Positions 47,958-63,260 are shown, counted from the stretch's first letter. The stretch: 64,000 nucleotides of DNA from Eledone cirrhosa (GCA_964016885.1 OZ024761.1:27714001-27778000); one strand, 5' to 3'. Program-made: numbers and translations. The notes: generated by a model from the sequence alone, not told the origin.

Positions 47958-48048
47958 TTATATCTATATATGTAAGTATACATACATACAATATATATAT
48001 ATATATATATATATACACTTATATCTATATATGTAAGTATACATACAT

Positions 48049-48093
<45 letters not shown>

Positions 48094-48132
48094 CTATATA
48101 TGTAAGTATACATACATACAATATATATACAT

Positions 48133-48163
<31 letters not shown>

Positions 48164-48957
48164 AATATATATATCTATATATGTATCTATCTATATTTAT
48201 ATCTCTCTCTATATATGCATATATATGTATGTATATATATTTATGTATATATATATGCATATCTATCCTTATATGTATGTGTATATATATGTACATATAT
48301 CTATATATATATATGCGTGAATATAAATACATATATATATATTCATATATATATATATATACATACGTATATATATATATATAATATATATGTGTGTGTA
48401 TGTATGTATGTATATGCATGTGTGTGAGAGAGAGAAAAGTATCATAGACAAAATGGATATCGTATTTGATAGAATTATACCACTCTTAATTTTCGTGCAA
48501 AGAAACAATACTGTTCGTTACATCGTTACATAGTTAGTATACAAGAAGATGGAAATAGAATGTGTATCTCTTGCAATAACATTAGCTATTACAGGATAGT
48601 GTCAAACTGATAATATCAATCTGTTATTGAGTATAAATTGGCGAATGTTAGGAGAGTGAAATCATTAAGTCAGATACACCATCCCAAAATAACATAGGAT
48701 ATCAGTATAAAGGAAATTGTGAGATAATGTTCACGGAAAATTCTTCTCCGTTTAACCATTTTTACTTCTTTTTCTCATTGTTTTGCTTGCATCCATTCTT
48801 TTGTGTTTATTCATCTATTAATGCGAGTGATGTATAAAGTAAAACGGTTACAGAAAACAAAACCCTGTCTTAGAAACGTGTGCGATAATGATTACGTTAA
48901 AATATGGCTAGATAATGAATAATTATATCAGAATTATAGGGAAAATAGCGAAATTTC

Positions 48958-49145
48958 GTTGCCGTATGACTAGGATGTTAGACAACGATGATAATGTCGT
49001 AGATTCAATTCCAATCTTCCGCTCTTGAGCAAAGCACTTCATTTCCTGTTGTTCTTGTACACTCAATTGAACATTAATACTTACTGGATTAACTGCGGGG
49101 AGAGTAAGATCCCGATGGGCTGGCATTCTCTCCAGGGGGAAGTCT
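48958..49145 (+). mobile_element. Old CORE/Meta-like SINE remnant
   Basis: CTTGAGCAAAGCACTTCATTTCCTGTTGTTC..CACTCA preceded by decayed A/B boxes. Confidence 0.5.
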
Positions 49146-49461
49146 TGTACTCGAAGTCTTGTACTCGGTATCGCTTCAATTTTGTTTGCCTTTCTATATT
49201 TTTTAATAGTATTGGTGCAAACTTTGGAAATTGTATGTTTGTTAGTTATAATTTGTGTAGTATGTATGAAATGATATTAGAAATCAGAAAATATTAAGAT
49301 ATCTATGGCTGTTGCTGTTGATATGCGGTTATTTTATGTCGGAAAGAATTTAATATTAAAAATATCTTTTATATACATGTGGGTGGAAAATGAAATACAA
49401 ATATGTGATGATATGAAGCGCTATTACATATATATATAGGCAAGTATCTCAACAAACATGC

Positions 49462-49595
<134 letters not shown>

Positions 49596-49706
49596 ATATA
49601 TAAATCTCTCTCTCATAGAATATGAAATTCGGAATCTGTTAATCTACATACGTGTTTGCAATTTAATTTAATGGCTATTAATATTCATATATATATATCA
49701 ATTTAT

Positions 49707-49758
<52 letters not shown>

Positions 49759-49800
49759 ATGTGTGTGTACAAACATATAAATGTGTATATATATATATAA

Positions 49801-49850
<50 letters not shown>

Positions 49851-50261
49851 TCTTGAGAGATAGATAGATTAGCAGAGAGGTGTATATGTATAGCCAATTG
49901 CCTAACTTTCCATGAAGTCCATTAAAACATGTCCACAAGTTTATAGATATAGAATGGTTTAAAATTTCGAATTTAAAATCGCTTGAGATCAGTGTATTTA
50001 GAATTGCAAACAGAAGCTCTTGATTTATTTCCAACACATAAAAGTATGTGATGACTCTTACTTCTCAGATGCATACAACGTTGATTTGAATGCAAAATAA
50101 ACTATGAAATGATAGTGCCACGCCTGAGCTTAACTGGTTCCAATTGCCTCAGGTGGTTTTACAGAGTAAATAAACTAAATAAAGCCCATGAGTGTTATAT
50201 AGGCGTGTAATAAGGATTGCTTTGAACCTGTACAGGACAGATATATGTATATATCTATATA

Positions 50262-50305
<44 letters not shown>

Positions 50306-50411
50306 GAGAGAGAGATAGAGATAGATAGATATGTATATATGTAAATGTATATATGTATGTATACATACATATGTATATATAAGTATGTATGTATGTATAT
50401 ATATACGTATG

Positions 50412-50464
<53 letters not shown>

Positions 50465-50556
50465 ATATTATATGTATGTGTGTATATATGTATATGTGTA
50501 TATATGTATATGTATATATGTATATATATATATACATATATGCATGTATATGTATA

Positions 50557-50616
<60 letters not shown>

Positions 50617-50653
50617 TACATATATGTATGTATATGGATATACATACATACAA

Positions 50654-50684
<31 letters not shown>

Positions 50685-50745
50685 TGTATGTATATGGATA
50701 TACATACATACAAATATATATATATATATATATATGTGTATGGAT

Positions 50746-50834
<89 letters not shown>

Positions 50835-51153
50835 CATACACTTTAATATATTATATATAAAGAACCCGTTTGATAACAACCCTCTCGAGATCACATTTGA
50901 TCTTATAGTATTAAATTATTCGGTTTAAAAATGTTCTTCCCGAAATCTTTTGTGGTAATTTTCTCCGAGCACATTTCGTTATATTCCAAATTCTATCTTA
51001 ATAACTGAGAAAATTCGTTATTTCGCGAAATCTATTTCAACATATAGACCGTGTATTTCCATAAACCTATGGTTACAAGAGGATTAAGTATTACCACCAT
51101 AGAGCAGGAGATTATACCCACATACATAAATACAGATGTATACATATACATAC

Positions 51154-51228
<75 letters not shown>

Positions 51229-51247
51229 TATATACATATATATATAC

Positions 51248-51315
<68 letters not shown>

Positions 51316-51939
51316 ATACAGTATATATACACAAATATATTAGATATAGACATGTAAAATATATACACACATACACATACATACACATGTATACACTATA
51401 TATACACACATACACAATATATACACATGCAAAATATATACACACATATACACATACATACACATGCATACATAGGTACAGTCATACATACACTATATAT
51501 ACACACAATATATATATATACACATTCAAAATATATATAGACATATATACACACGTGCATACATATACAATACATATACACATGCATATACACATGCACA
51601 CATACACTCACTCACATATAAGATGACTGCAACTCGATTTCGAGTAATGTCATCGCTTGATACTTAAACATGGGCATCACGGATATGTCTTTTTAGTGTT
51701 GTTAGAGACTATCTTATGACCAGCCATGTCATACATCGCAAAAATAGTCACATATGAAGCGATACCTGCGCTTGAAGCTTTTTTAAGTGAGGAAAGGCTT
51801 TGTACGGGGACAATTCCCCTTTCTGAACATCAAATGTATTTACCCAAACAGATGACCTGGTCTACATCATTGGATGCAAACGAAGTCGCAGGTTTTATAT
51901 CAAATTGACCTTCTCCTAGAGAGATGTCTTAATGAAGAC

Positions 51940-52605
51940 TAGGAGACTCTCGCTCCACAAAAGAAAAAAAAAAACAATCTTTATTGGATGGCTGTTGACA
52001 CTCCTGAGTTCCTCCGCCCTTTGACGGGCTTTGTTTTTCATCTAGCAGGATGTCCAAAACCTGCCGGTTAAATCGCTGACGACCTGACCATGCACAGGTT
52101 ATACTCGGTTGCATGTTACCAGTAGCGTTGAAGAGCGACCTAACATAAATACACGTACATACATACATACATGATGGCTGCAAATTCTGCGAAGAGTATT
52201 GCAATTGCTTGGAGGATTATAGAGTTTGGTGCACTTTTAGGCTACGGCCAGCCACACAAACCTGTAACATATCCTGAACAACCAATGCCTGTGCTTTTGA
52301 AGTTTTTTAAGTGGGAAAATGGCTTGCACTCGACCATCTCCCACTCTCTGGGCATCGAAAAGACTACCCGAAAAGGAGAACTGGTCAACACCATCGGATG
52401 CTTCCGAAGCCGCAGGTTTTTTTTTCAGAGTTTCCCTCTCTTAGAAAGGTGTTGTTACAACAACTGGGGGCCTTTCACTCCCAGGTGAAAATAAAAAAGT
52501 ACTACTTAGATGGCCGTTGACTCTGCTGAGTTCCTCAGCCCTTTGCCGAGTCTTATATTTCATCCTGCAGGGTGTCCAAATATCACCCGCCTCACCAAGC
52601 CAACA
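51940..52605 (-). mobile_element. Two older RTE 5'-UTR-like fragments related to the 610 bp repeat
   Basis: 51940-52141 aligns with the repeat's 5' end (CTACTGGTAACATG..GGACATCCTGC); 52170-52605 shares GGACACCCTGCAGGA..CAAAGGGC. Confidence 0.6.
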
Positions 52606-52639
52606 TAATACATACATACATACATACATACATACATAC

Positions 52640-53249
52640 ATGGTGGCTGCCAACTCGTTTTCGAGTACGGCCACTACTTTACATCCATGTAGGAGAACCC
52701 CTACCGATACGCTAAACAAGTGTGACTTTTTAGTCCAGCCAGCGACTTGAAAACTGTGGTACAAACACTACACTTGTGACAATTATTGACACATAGTGCT
52801 TTGCGCTTGGTACCATGTGACGACAAGTGCAGAGAGATCTCCAGATATAAAGCAATGCCTGTGCCGTGAAGCTTTTATAGTGAGCAAAGGCACTGCACAA
52901 AGCCAGTCCCACTCTCTTAACCAAGATGATATTTACCAAAAAGAAGAACAAGTCAACATCATTGGATACCATCAGAGCTGCAGGTGTTATATCAGAGTTT
53001 TCCTTCTCCTAGAATTCTGCCTTGACAAAGGCTAAGGGGTCATCTCTCCCGGTGATTTTGGATGGCCATTGACTCTTAAGAGCTCCTTTGCCCTTTGACA
53101 GGTTTTGTTTTTAGTCCTGCAGGATGTCCAAAGCCACCCCCCTCACCAAGAAAGCTTGGTGGTGTTGCCAGTTTAGTCGCCAACGACCCGACCATGAGAC
53201 AGGTTGTACTGGGATACATGTTCCCAGTAGCACCAACTGGTGACCTGAC
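52640..53249 (-). mobile_element. ~610 bp repeat, copy 3
   Basis: Reverse complement of 45189-45798; (TACA)n on both sides. Confidence 0.8.
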
Positions 53250-53278
53250 ATACATACATACATACATACATACATACA

Positions 53279-53308
<30 letters not shown>

Positions 53309-53309
<1 letters not shown>

Positions 53310-53620
53310 GCCCTCCATCGCCGGCAGTCCCATGCCAGCTCCTCTGCATCCTCCAAGATGAAGTCGAGCCTCCGGAGATCTTCCATGAGCTGCGTGCGGG
53401 TGAACGGGAAGGACTCCGACTGGTTCCCCATCAACAGTGGAGTAAGGCAGGGCTGTTGTGGTTGCTCCTGCCCTCTTCAACTGTGTCATCGACTATCTGA
53501 TGACCAAGGTTTGTGAGCAAGCTCCTGGCGTTACCTTCGGGAATTACCACCTTACCGAACTGGAGTACGCAGACGACACCACCCTATTAAGCAACTCGAT
53601 CAATCAGCTCAGAGACGCGG
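53309..53620. mobile_element. RTE-like LINE fragment with inversion and deletion
   Basis: Minus 53309-53390: LMEDLRRL..EDAEELAWDCRRWR (C-terminus); plus 53388-53620: VRVNGKDSDWFPINSGVRQGC/VVAPALFN...LEYADD (RT core). Confidence 0.85.
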
Positions 53621-53779
53621 CTGTTGGAACTATTAAACGTGTCTCTCCTTTATCCGTTATGATATATCTATCTAACTGTCTAGTTTAACATCTCATGCCA
53701 TACAACTAACTGTAGGTCTATCTTTCTAACAATAGTAATATTGGATGTCATATCACAGTTGCTCAATATCATCTTGTAA

Positions 53780-54346
53780 GGGCGGTGGATTGGCAGTATC
53801 GGTAGAGGGTCGGACGCCATGCTTTGACGCATAGAGTTACGGCCCTTGCCATTCTGAGTTCAAATCCCGCCGAGGTTAACTTTGCATTTCATCCTAACGG
53901 GGTCGATAAAATAAAGTACCAGTAATACACTGGGTATTTGCTGGCCTTGTGCCAAAAAGTAGAAACAATTATGTGGATTGGCAGTATCGGTAGAGGGTCG
54001 GACGCCATGCTTTGACGCATAGAGTTACGGCCCTTGCCATTCTGAGTTCAAATCCCGCCGAGGTTAACTTTGCCTTTCATCCTTACGGGGTCGATAAAAT
54101 AAAGTACCAGTAATACACTGGGTCATTGCTGGCCTTGTGCCAAAAAGTAGAAACAATTATGTGGATTGGCAGTATCGGTAGAGGGTCGGATGCCATGCTT
54201 TGACGCATAGAGTTACGGCCCTTGCCATTCTGAGTTCAAATCCCGCCGAGGTTAACTTTGCCTTTCATCCTTACGGGGTCGATAAAATAAAGTACCAGTA
54301 ATACACTGGATATTTGCTGGCCTTGTGCCAAAAGTAGAAACAATTA
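53780..54346 (+). mobile_element. Head-to-tail trimer of SINE family 1
   Basis: Three near-identical ~188 bp units; ATCTTGTAA at 53771-53779 and 54346-54354. Confidence 0.93.
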
Positions 54347-54446
54347 TCTTGTAAATGTAATGTAATGTAATATATTGTATTGTATTATGAGTAAAAGTTT
54401 CGTCCCTGCTTATTAACTCTGCCGTATCTTATAATATAATTATCTT

Positions 54447-54980
54447 TAGAAATGATGGAGAGGCGGTGTTTCTGTGCGTAATAACCATGGTGAAAGAGGT
54501 TGTATGGTGCACGCGTTTGAAAGGGCTGAGGTCGGGCACCTTTCTCTCCGGCCAACAACTGGTCCTTTTCTTCCAATATCATATCGGAAGAAGGATCAGG
54601 ATGGAGAGAGAGGTGCTCCACCCCAGCCAGTTTTATTAAAGGTGGGTGAAAGTGGCGAGAATGGCCCGTGTGAATGGGCCTTCTCTCTACATCAGCCTGT
54701 AGGTGAAAAAGATGGAAGAACAAGGGAGCACCCTCTCTCTCTGTGCTCCTGAGGAAAAGGGTTACACACATTTTTCGGGGGGGGGGGGGGTGCAGCCCCC
54801 CAAAACGCCTCCTCCCTATTGAGGACTTTATTGTTAATTTTCTATTTATTATTTGTTTTTGCTGGCCTTGTGCCTAAAGTAGAAACAATTATTTGTTTTT
54901 TACTCGTTCTTTTGTGTAACCCCCCTCCCCCTTGTATTTGTCCCCTTCTTTTGTGACCTCGTAGCAATAAATAGAAATTT
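54447..54980 (+). mobile_element. L1/Tx1-like LINE 3' end
   Basis: VFLCVITMVKEVVWCTRLKG...RMEREVL...F.*RW...ISL* plus 3' UTR ending in AATAAA; matches 7937-8301. Confidence 0.6.
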
Positions 54981-55211
54981 ATCTGTAGAAATGATAGCTA
55001 AAAGTAAGTTAATAAAATGAAAAGTGAACGCACGTGCCTGTGTCTGGAATGTAGGTAGGACGTATACGATAAATTGAGGTAAACATGTTGATAGTAATGT
55101 AATGGGCCGCACGATAAGGTTTGGATTTAAAACATAAAGGGACGTAACTTAATTTACAAATTATTTCAACTCTAATAACTCTAATAAGCCTGCCACTGCA
55201 CCACCTAAAAT

Positions 55212-55243
<32 letters not shown>

Positions 55244-55327
55244 CGCTATTCCGGGTTGAATCGGAGGTAACCACAGTAAGTAAGGTACTCAATACATTGC
55301 AGAGTATAACAGTTTTAATATAGATGA

Positions 55328-55420
55328 GATTCTACAGGACTAGAACTGTTTCATTCTTTAGAAATCATCAGGAATCCTGATGATTTCTAAAGAATGAAAC
55401 AGTTCTAGTCCTGTAGAATC
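55328..55420. ncRNA. Two divergent family A hammerhead motifs sharing one stem I strand
   Basis: Minus motif 55328-55376 and plus motif 55372-55420; palindrome 55321-55427 centred on 55374; tail 55244-55320. Confidence 0.85.
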
Positions 55421-55423
55421 TCA

Positions 55424-55460
<37 letters not shown>

Positions 55461-55907
55461 TGTATACTATTGAGTCTATACATAAAGACACTCATTAACT
55501 GCTTAATGAACACAACCACAAGGATAAGATCCGAACATAGAAGAGCCGAACTCGCCACTGTCATCGCTTCCAACTCTCACTCGCCCTCCCCAACTCTCCG
55601 TATGGAGAGCAAATGCCGTCCCACGTGCTGGCCTCCCCACAGCCCCGGCGGACAGAATGCAGAAGGCGTTGCAGTCTACTCTTCCAGTGTGTCGACATTG
55701 ATGCGGATGATGTCCAGTCTGACATTTGTTCGTAAATATAAGCAGGCAGAACGTGGCAGATAGAGAAGAAGAATTGAGAGTCTTCTACGAATTGCATGCA
55801 ACGGAAAGATATTCCGTTAAACTTTGTCAGCTATTCTGTACATTCTGCTCATCCATAGAATAATTGCTGTCGCGACACACACACATTTATATATATATAT
55901 ATATATT

Positions 55908-55970
<63 letters not shown>

Positions 55971-55971
55971 T

Positions 55972-56044
<73 letters not shown>

Positions 56045-56051
56045 TTGTATA

Positions 56052-56088
<37 letters not shown>

Positions 56089-56275
56089 TTATATATGTAC
56101 TTATATATATACTTATATATATATAGGTATATATATGTATATATATATATACATATACATATGTATGTATATATATATATGTATGTATATAAATATATAC
56201 ATATATGTATATATATACATTTATATATATATATATTTATGTGTATATATATATATATATACATGTATATATATA

Positions 56276-56325
<50 letters not shown>

Positions 56326-56634
56326 ATACATACATATATATGTATATATATATATGTATATATATATACACATGTATATATATATATATGTATATATATA
56401 TATGTGTATATATATATATATGTATATATATATGTGTGTATATATATATGTGTATATATATATACATATATATGTATAAAAAGGGAAAAAAATTGTTCTT
56501 CTTAATAATCGTCTTTTTCTCCCTGTTTTCATATATATACACACACACACACACATATATATACGTATACACACACACGCACATATATATCTATATATAT
56601 ATATATCTATATATATATATATATCTATATACAC

Positions 56635-56690
<56 letters not shown>

Positions 56691-56706
56691 GTATATACAC
56701 GCACAC

Positions 56707-56783
<77 letters not shown>

Positions 56784-57217
56784 TCCCATCCTCTCTAAAT
56801 GCCAGCCGCCAGCCAACAACTGTTTCTCTTGTATATCTATCTAGCAGTGTCGTCTGCTTTCAAACAATTTAATTGCAGGACTGCATTCGTTTGACAATAA
56901 AGACCATTTTTATTCCGAATAAATAACAAACTACTCTTTATTTGATTAGCTTTGGTTGCTCTCTCTTCCGTAAATAATGTCATTTTTCACTAACTTAATT
57001 AATCTATTCTTCCTTCTAATAGTCTGTCCGTATGTCTTTGATTCTTGCTAATATGCAACCATTACCAAACATTTTAACAATAAACATGCAAATTCGCTTC
57101 GGCTTGGTTTCTTGCCTGCCTGCTTGCCTTCCACGACATGTTCCCACGTCAACGTCTTCCACACACTCACACCCCTACATACACATACACACATACATAT
57201 ATATATATATACATATG

Positions 57218-57279
<62 letters not shown>

Positions 57280-57295
57280 GAATATATACATGTAT

Positions 57296-57341
<46 letters not shown>

Positions 57342-57428
57342 GAATATATACATGTATATATGTATATATATATATATATACATGTATATATGTATATATT
57401 CATATATATATATATATATATAGAATAT

Positions 57429-57467
<39 letters not shown>

Positions 57468-57503
57468 ATATACATATATGTACATACATATACTTACATA
57501 TAC

Positions 57504-57558
<55 letters not shown>

Positions 57559-57764
57559 CACATTCTTGTCAAGGCACTTGTATTATAATCTATTCCGCTA
57601 CATTCCCTAATGCTTTGCCTATTAAAATCTCAATGACTTTTCTGTTTCATTTTCTAACTCAATTTTATTATATACTCCACACTAATGCATTTGTCAATTA
57701 CATTCAACTAACTCCATTGTTACCTACCTTTGAGAAATGGAGTCGAAAGTAATAGTAATGATAA

Positions 57765-58395
57765 TATGAAATGCCAACGGAGAAGAAGCCAGATAAACAT
57801 ATTGAAGAAAACGTCTTAGAAAATGACAATTCTACGCTATGCCAATCCAAACAGACTGGGGGATCAAGCCTAATCAACTAGATATTGTAGTTTTAAAAGA
57901 ATTGGGGGTTGGAAAGAGAGTTTCTCCTCTCTCCCCTAGATTGATCCAACAGTCGATGGTGTGTCTCTCAGTGTAGTGGAGAAATTATCTAAATGTAAAG
58001 ATCTGGAAAAAGATACTAGTACAATATGGAGGCTAGTAATATGACAAATCTACGCTATGCGACTCCAAACAGACTGGGGGATCAAACCTAATCAAGTAGA
58101 TATTGTAGTTTAAAAAAAGTTGGGGTGGAAAGAGAGGTCCCTCTCCACTAGTTATGATCCTACAGACGATGGTGTGTCTCTCAGTGAAGTGGAGAAATTA
58201 TCTAAATATAAAGGTCTGGAAAAAGAGACCAGTAGAATACCGAGGCTAGTAACATGAGCTTGAGAAATGCATAATATTATGAACATGCAGGCAGATAGAT
58301 GCGTATGCACAATCCAGGACATCAAATGATGCACGACTTAACAGGAAACGATGCATATTAAACAATGCGCAAGTATTATGTTCGATACTATCAAC
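57765..58395 (+). mobile_element. Decayed R4/Dong-like RLE remnant with ~218 bp internal tandem duplication
   Basis: Remnants IQTD.GIKPNQLDIVV and VSLSEVEKLSKYK.LE each occur twice (57825-58042, 58043-58256). Confidence 0.7.
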
Positions 58396-58797
58396 AGTGT
58401 GTGTGTATGTGTGTCAGTGTTTGTGTCCCTCTCTATATGTAAGCCAGTGTGTGTGAGCGTGTATGTCTGTATATATGTATAGCTCTGTGTCTGTGTGTGT
58501 GTCAGTCTGTACCAGTGTGTGGGCGTGTGTCTCACTGTGTGTGTGTGGGCGTGTGTCCTAGTGTGTGTGTGTATAGCTCTGTGTCTGCGTGTCGGTCTGT
58601 GCTACTGTGTGTGAGCGTGTGTCCCAGTGTGTGTGTGTATCTGTATATAGCTCTGTGTATGTGCAAATCGCGATGAGGCCGACGTTGCCTTTCATTATTA
58701 CGTGATCCATAATATAATGTAGCAGTCATATACTGGAGTCAATTTAAATGTGCTCCTCCCTCCACACACAAATAAAGCAAACGAACTAGCTACCATT

Positions 58798-59140
58798 ATT
58801 GGCAGTATCGGTAGAGGGTCGGACGCCATGCTTTGACGTATTGAGTTACGGCCCTTGCCATTCTGAGTTCAAATCCCGCCGAGGTTAACTCTGCCTTTCA
58901 TCCTTAAGGGGTCGATAAAATAAAGTACCAGTAATACACTGGGATAATTGCTGACCTTCTGCCAAAAGTAGAAACAATTATATAAGATAGAAACAAAAGA
59001 CAATGGAGAGCCGAATCGGTAGAGCATCGGACAAAATCCTGAGCAGTGTTTTCTAACGACATGCTACGTTCCGAGTTCAAATCCGGGCCGACAACATCTT
59101 CGCCTTTCAACCTTCCGGTGTCGATCGATAAAAATAAAAT
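58798..59140 (+). mobile_element. SINE family 1 young copy (58798-58980) followed by an older relative (59003-59140)
   Basis: A/B boxes and Nin-type domain in both. Confidence 0.85.
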
Positions 59141-59278
59141 AACCATCGATTGGTGCGGTCTACTTTATCGATATTCACCATTTCTCACGCTCCCAAATTG
59201 CTACTTTTCTGCCTCCAAAATCATAAACGAACAATTATTAAAGGAGCAACAGTGATAGAGTATCATAAAGAGAGAGAG

Positions 59279-59329
<51 letters not shown>

Positions 59330-59535
59330 AAAGCAAAGGTTCAACTTGGATACTTAAAGAATAAATGCAGATCCAGGTTTCAAACGTAACATTTGATCAG
59401 TTGATCAGTATAGCGCTGACAGTAAAACAAACAAACAAACAAACAAACAAACAAACTACCCAACGATATCTTCTTAAGTTTTAAGGGATGAATAATTGTA
59501 TAATGTATGACAAAAGACAAAAAGATTTATATATG

Positions 59536-59615
<80 letters not shown>

Positions 59616-59885
59616 AATTTTTTCCTTCATTTTCTTTTCACTTATCATTTTCGTCTATTCATTACATCACTACCGAACAGGCGGTCAATATATATACAAT
59701 ATATATATATATATATACACATATATATATATACATATATGCATATGTACATATGCGTGTGCATGCATATACGCGTGGGTGTGGTGGATGTTTGTCTATG
59801 CATGGGAGTATTACTGTGTATATATACTGTATACATACACACTTACAAATATATATATACATACATACATACATATATATACACT

Positions 59886-59939
<54 letters not shown>

Positions 59940-59976
59940 CAAAAACACACACACAGACATATATACACACACACAG

Positions 59977-60063
<87 letters not shown>

Positions 60064-60514
60064 CAAACACACACACACAGACATATATATATATATGTGT
60101 GTGAAATGGTAGGTAGGCAGCGTATATAAGATTGCAAGACGAAGAGCTGGGGTATATAAAAGATGCAGGGTACATGAAGGTGAATCGACTCGGCCACATT
60201 ATTCTCATCCATGCTGCCTTAACATATCATTCCATTACAACTGACTGTTTGATGTCTCCATATAAGGAGGGAAGGTGTGTGTGGGGTAGGGGGTGCAACG
60301 GGATAGGGTGTGAGAGAGAGAGAGAGGGAGAGTGAGTTTGGTCAGAGACGAGAACTCATTCGTGTTTAGATATCTATCAATATATCTATTCTTTTTTCTC
60401 GTTCTCTTTCTTTCGCCCTCTGTCTCTGTCTGCCTCACACTCTCTCTGTCTTTTTCTATGTACACACATCCACATATAGAGACACGTTGGAAATACGAAC
60501 ACACACACACACAT

Positions 60515-60558
<44 letters not shown>

Positions 60559-60671
60559 ATATATATATGTGGGTGTGTCACCCAACACTTCGATCTATGA
60601 ATCTATATTCCTTCGTATCTTTTTAGATTTTATCTGCGCATTTCCACGTGCCACACACACACACACACACG

Positions 60672-60724
<53 letters not shown>

Positions 60725-60734
60725 TTATATATAT

Positions 60735-60815
<81 letters not shown>

Positions 60816-60816
60816 G

Positions 60817-60848
<32 letters not shown>

Positions 60849-60850
60849 CG

Positions 60851-60882
<32 letters not shown>

Positions 60883-60938
60883 TATGTATACACATATATA
60901 CATATATATATACATATATATACATATATAAATATATA

Positions 60939-60979
<41 letters not shown>

Positions 60980-61407
60980 CATATATATATATATGTATAT
61001 ATGTATATATGTATATATGTATGCATATATATATATATATATGTATATATGTATACATATATATACATATATATATGTATATATGCAAATTTGTGAGTAT
61101 GTAGGTCTGTACATCAAAGGGTGATGTAAGCCCCGGCTTCATCCATGGAATTATTTGATATTTTGGTAAACCATGTATAATCTACACCTCTATATACATA
61201 CATACATATATACATACATACATACATATATATATATACATACTTACATATATATATATATACTTACATAATACTTACATACATACATACATACATATAT
61301 ATATATACATACTTACATATATATATATATACTTACATAATACTTACATATATATATATATACTTACATAATACTTACATACATACATACGTACGTACAT
61401 ACATACA

Positions 61408-61439
<32 letters not shown>

Positions 61440-61505
61440 CATACATACATACATATATATATATACATACTTACATATATATATATATATATACTTACAT
61501 AATAC

Positions 61506-61560
<55 letters not shown>

Positions 61561-62472
61561 GCCCGAGAAATCGGAAGATCCTATTCAATGTTCAAACAAG
61601 AAAAAAAAATTGACCAATTTACAGAGAAAGTTGTGCATGGATACTTGAGGCGTAAAACACAGACCATAGAGGGGATAAACCACTCAAAAAGCCTGGCATG
61701 GAGTTCCGACAAGTTTATGACATCACACCTTGAGGGATATCTCTATGCAATACAGGAACAAGAACTCCCTACCAAATATCTGCTGCACAAAAGAGGAGGG
61801 CCAGCAGCTGACAATAAATGTAGGCTATGTAAAACAAAGATCGAGGATGTAAGCCACATTGTTGCCAGCTGCGAAAGAATGTCATCTCGCTACTACCTCC
61901 CCATGAGACACGATGGGATAGCTAGAACTATCTGGAACGCACTTCGGAAAACAAAATTAACAACAAACGAGGAAGAATATATTGAGACAGATGGCACTAA
62001 GGAATACTGGTGGAACCTGAAAATAAAAACTGCCACCAAATTAAAGCACAACCGGCCTGATATTGTAGTTTGGGACCACACATTGAAAACGTGTTCTGTT
62101 GTGGAGATCAGCTGCCCACTTGATGTAAACGTTGTCAGAAAAATACAGGAGAAGGAGGACATCTACGGACCATTGATGAGGAGCTTACAAATCCAGTATC
62201 CAAGATACACCTTTAGCTTCATACCCATAATTATTGGTGCTACGGGTTATATACCAACCCGCTTGGACCAAAGTATGACCGAACTTGGATTTGCGGACAA
62301 AAAGCGCAGCTCCCTAATTCATAGTCTACAAATGGCTGCGATAGCTGGCACCTTCAAAATATGCAAAACATTCTTGCGATTCAAGGGATGACAATTTCTT
62401 TTCTTTTACAACCTTGCCACCAGGAAGGTGGCCGGTCAAAAAAATATACTCGAAATTAAGAGAAAGAGAAAA
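61561..62472 (+). mobile_element. R4/Dong-like non-LTR retrotransposon, 5'-truncated; open C-terminal frame 61588-62391
   Basis: AIQEQ, CCHC knuckle CRLC..E...HI...C, RHD, NRPDIVVWD, VEISCP.D, K..EK...Y: restriction-like endonuclease; short 3' UTR. Confidence 0.92.
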
Positions 62473-62617
62473 CATATACATACATATATACATACATACA
62501 TACATACATATATATACATACTTACATATATATATATATACTTACATAATACTTACATACATACATACATACGTACGTACATACATACATACATACATAC
62601 ATACATACATACATACA

Positions 62618-62653
<36 letters not shown>

Positions 62654-62906
62654 TACATACTTACATATATATACTTACATAATACTTACATACATACGTA
62701 CGTACATACATACATACACACATACATACATACATATATATATATATATACATACTTACATAATACTTACATACATACATACGTACGTACATATATTTAT
62801 ACATAGATACATACGCACACACTCACAGGCGTAGGCGTACATATATGTATATGCTTGTTAGTGTGTGTGTGTGTGTGTGTGTCTAGGTAAACATGGGTAT
62901 ATATCT

Positions 62907-62964
<58 letters not shown>

Positions 62965-63077
62965 GTGTGCCTGTGTGTAAGTCTTCTGTCAAGATGAAAC
63001 AACGCTGGTGTTGAAATAAGATGATTGACAGCAGGTAGGACAGTAAGAGAATTTTTACACAAAAAAATCTGCTGCTC

Positions 63078-63126
63078 CTGCTACTACTACGACTACTACT
63101 ACTACTACTACTACTACTATTACTAT

Positions 63127-63169
<43 letters not shown>

Positions 63170-63222
63170 GCTGCTAATTCCACCACTGCCACAACGGCCA
63201 GCAACACCATCACCATCTCCAC

Positions 63223-63260
<38 letters not shown>

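Noticed and set aside
50860-51110. Possible Tigger/pogo-like MITE remnant
   Set aside because: Only vague TTCGTTAT motifs; no matching TIR pair.
60150-60165. TATA-box-like GGGTATATAAAAG
   Set aside because: No downstream gene structure; expected by chance in this composition.
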